A stretch of DNA of 64,000 nucleotides. Origin: Chiloscyllium plagiosum (Eukaryota). The position numbers were made by a program, and so were the translations under genes. The DNA is taken from the NCBI RefSeq assembly GCF_004010195.1, contig NC_057746.1:6889747-6953746 (forward strand). The letters are read 5' to 3'. The notes under the pieces were generated by a model. The model saw only the letters and a list, made by a program, of their open reading frames with translations, did no database searches and was not told where the DNA came from. Shown piece by piece: positions 61,513 through 64,000 of the stretch (position 1 is its first letter; each line of letters starts with the position of its first letter).

Positions 61513-62417
61513 CTAATTTTCTGACAATCACTATACTCTCCCGAGGAAAGTGTGGTCTCTCAAAATGCATCACCCGTTACCTGGTGGCCATGGCAGTAGC
61601 TGATCTAATGGTTCTGATATTTGAAGTCATTCTGTTTGAGATTGAAGATGCTTATTTCCCAGATACCTTTCTGAACTATACCCCTCTTTGTAGCCTCAAT
61701 GTGGTATTTCTTTATATATCTATTGATTGTTCTGTTTGGCTAACTGTGACTTTCACCTTTGATCGATTTGTTAGCATTTGTTCCCGAAAATGGCAACCCA
61801 AATATTGCACTGAGAAAAATGCCACATTGGTGATAGCAGTGGTATGTGTTTTATGCGTTCTTAAAAATTCTCCATTCTATTTCATATTTGAGCCTGTGGA
61901 AATAATTGAAAATGTCCCATGGTTCTGCTCTGTAAAAGCAGAATTTTATGTCTTACCACAATGGGCAGCTATTTTGTGGGTTGACACAGTTTTAACCCCA
62001 TTTGCACCATTTGTTTTAATCGGGCTGCTCAACATTGTGACCATCAGACACATTGCAGTAACCAACAGATTGAGGAGGAAACTCCAAGGAAAGCGGGATA
62101 CTCGTGATCATACTGACCCTGAGTTGGAAAAAAGAAGGAAGTCCATCATTTTACTTCTCGCAATATCTGGCACTTTCTTACTGTTATGGATGGTTATATT
62201 TATGTTTTTCATATCTGTGCAGTTTACAGACACACAATTTTTAGAAAAAAATTACAATGACCCTTATACCATTTCTGAACAATGTGGGTATATGCTTCGG
62301 AATTTGAGTACTTGTACAAACACCTTTATTTATGGAGTTTCACAGGGAAAGTTCCAAAATGAGTTAAAGAATTTTGTTCGTCGTCCTCTGGCGATCATTT
62401 GTAAAATAAGGAAGTAA
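61513..62417 (+). CDS. GPR139-like rhodopsin-family GPCR, exon 2 (324 aa spliced product)
   Basis: ttttgcag acceptor; ANFLTITILSRGKCGLSKCITRYLVAMAVADL..., FTFDRF at the DRY position, YCT in ICL2, NTFIY at the NPxxY position; multiple hydrophobic TM segments; open to TAA at 62417. Confidence 0.92.
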
Positions 62418-63459
62418 GTCAGTAGAATTAATATGGAAAGGTCTTTGATTGCAGTCGCAGTGTTTGTATCGCTAAGCCAAGAGGCGTGTGTTCAAGTGCC
62501 ACCTATTCCAGAGATGAGCTATAACATCTCTGATCAGTTTGATGAGAAGCATGTAGGAATTAAATGCAACTGCATCCATTAGACTTTGCTCCATAGAATC
62601 ACAGGCTGGAATGGACAGAGTAAGGAACTATTTATTTCCTATGTCAGTCGTCACAATGTTGTAGCAAAAACAGACTTCGTCCCATTATTTAACATCATAT
62701 ACAGTGGCAATTTTGATGCCAAAGTAATCACTTTTCGCACCTGACATAAAATGTACAAGATCTATAATCATCTATCTCTGACTGGTCTCTTCTTCCCATT
62801 TGTTTTAGTGACATCCTTCAATAGTAACCTGCTAGAAGAAGTTTATTTCTTTGTTGAAATTGCCAACTGTTCCATTCAATTCATGGATATTCTTGAAGCA
62901 TTGATACTGTTTAAGTCAGCGTAAAGGTCCTGCCTGGCCTAAAGTATTCTTAACAATTTACAGTTTTCCCCCAAAGTAAAGAGTAAACTGCACTGACAAT
63001 AATATAACTGAACTAATTTGGTTAGCGTTTCGCTGGATTGTTCTCAGTCGTTTGGTTTGTTCCATATGTCATCATTTCAATGGGATATGTTCCTCTTCCT
63101 AAACTGATGGCATTAACAGTTATCACCGTTAAGGTTCAAGACTGTTTTAAATCAAGACTCAATCACAGAATACTTACAGCACAGAAATCGATCTATCAGC
63201 TCTTCTTGGCTGTACTGGCTCTTCCAAACGACATTTCACTTAGTATTCTCCGGCCTACTGTCTGTAGCAATGCACATTGTTGTCTTTAAACCAATTGCCT
63301 AGTCGCCACTTGAATGTCTCACTAAAAACTGTCTCCACCTTAATCCAGACCTTCACCATGTGCTCCATCTGAAACCAAACTAACGTCTCAGTCAAGTTCA
63401 GCATGTTCGCCCTTCCTGTTCGATTGTATGCTCCTATTAATCAAGGTTATGATATTGTA

Positions 63460-63658
63460 CTGAGAGAAAGTGAGGATAGCAGATGCTGGAGATTAGAGTC
63501 AAAACGTGTGGCCCTGGAAAGCACTGCTGGCCTGGCAGCATCTGATGAGCAGGAGAGTCAATGTTTCGAACATAATCTTTTCATCAGGAGTGACGAGCAG
63601 CACTCCAGCTCCTCAGATGCTGCTTGACCGTCTGTGTTTTTCCAGCACCACACTTTTT
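63460..63658. mobile_element. Family-1 hammerhead element, inverted form, about 15-bp degenerate TSD
   Basis: ggttatgatattgta (63445-59) versus ggctatgatgttgta (63659-73); minus-strand cCTGATGAaaagattatgttcGAAACATT. Confidence 0.7.
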
Positions 63659-64000
63659 GGCTATGATGTTGTATCCCGGTTCGCATTGACATTTTGCATT
63701 GCCTCCGCTTCCAGCAATCTCAAAGGCAGGAGGTTCCTAGTCAAAGTCTATGTGCGCCCTGCATGTTTGGCAGAAATTATCCAGTCCTCTGTGAACACAG
63801 GATCAATCCAAGGTGACTGGAAGATTACAAATGCGATTCCATTATTCAAGAAAAAGGCAAAGATAACCCGGGATCTACAGACCTGGTACTTTGAAGGAAT
63901 TATTGGGAAAATGTACATTTAAAGAAAAGTAAGGTAACATAAGGCAGTCAACGTGGCTTTCTCAAGGAAAGTCATGCCTGACAAAGTTGATTGCATTCTT

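Overview
Eukaryotic genomic DNA from a cartilaginous fish, most likely a shark (inferred from HE1-type V-SINEs, CR1/HER1 LINEs and shark-type gene sequences). It is a gapped draft assembly with eight N-runs. Left half, minus strand: a classical-type MHC class I heavy-chain gene (UAA-like) with leader, alpha1, alpha2, alpha3 and the start of the TM exon. All eight peptide-terminus anchor residues are intact, and nearly every intron carries its own tandem repeat. The leader exon plus intron 1 occur twice. Only the distal copy (26.5 kb) has the ISRE-S-X-Y promoter; the copy nearest exon 2 has lost it. A compact CRE/NF-kB/ISRE/GC-box cluster lies at 34.8 kb. Right half: two divergently oriented GPR139-like GPCR genes (one complete two-exon gene, one orphan first exon) separated by nested Gmr1-type Gypsy, Penelope-like and CR1 debris and a 2.95-kb tandem duplication. 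The most striking unannotated signal is a dense population of short (about 50-200 bp) mobile elements carrying minimal hammerhead-ribozyme cores. Several have 12-15 bp target-site duplications and inverted ends, one contains (TAACCC)3, and the same module forms the 3' tail of a Penelope-like element remnant in this window. All calls were made by eye; repeat boundaries are approximate.
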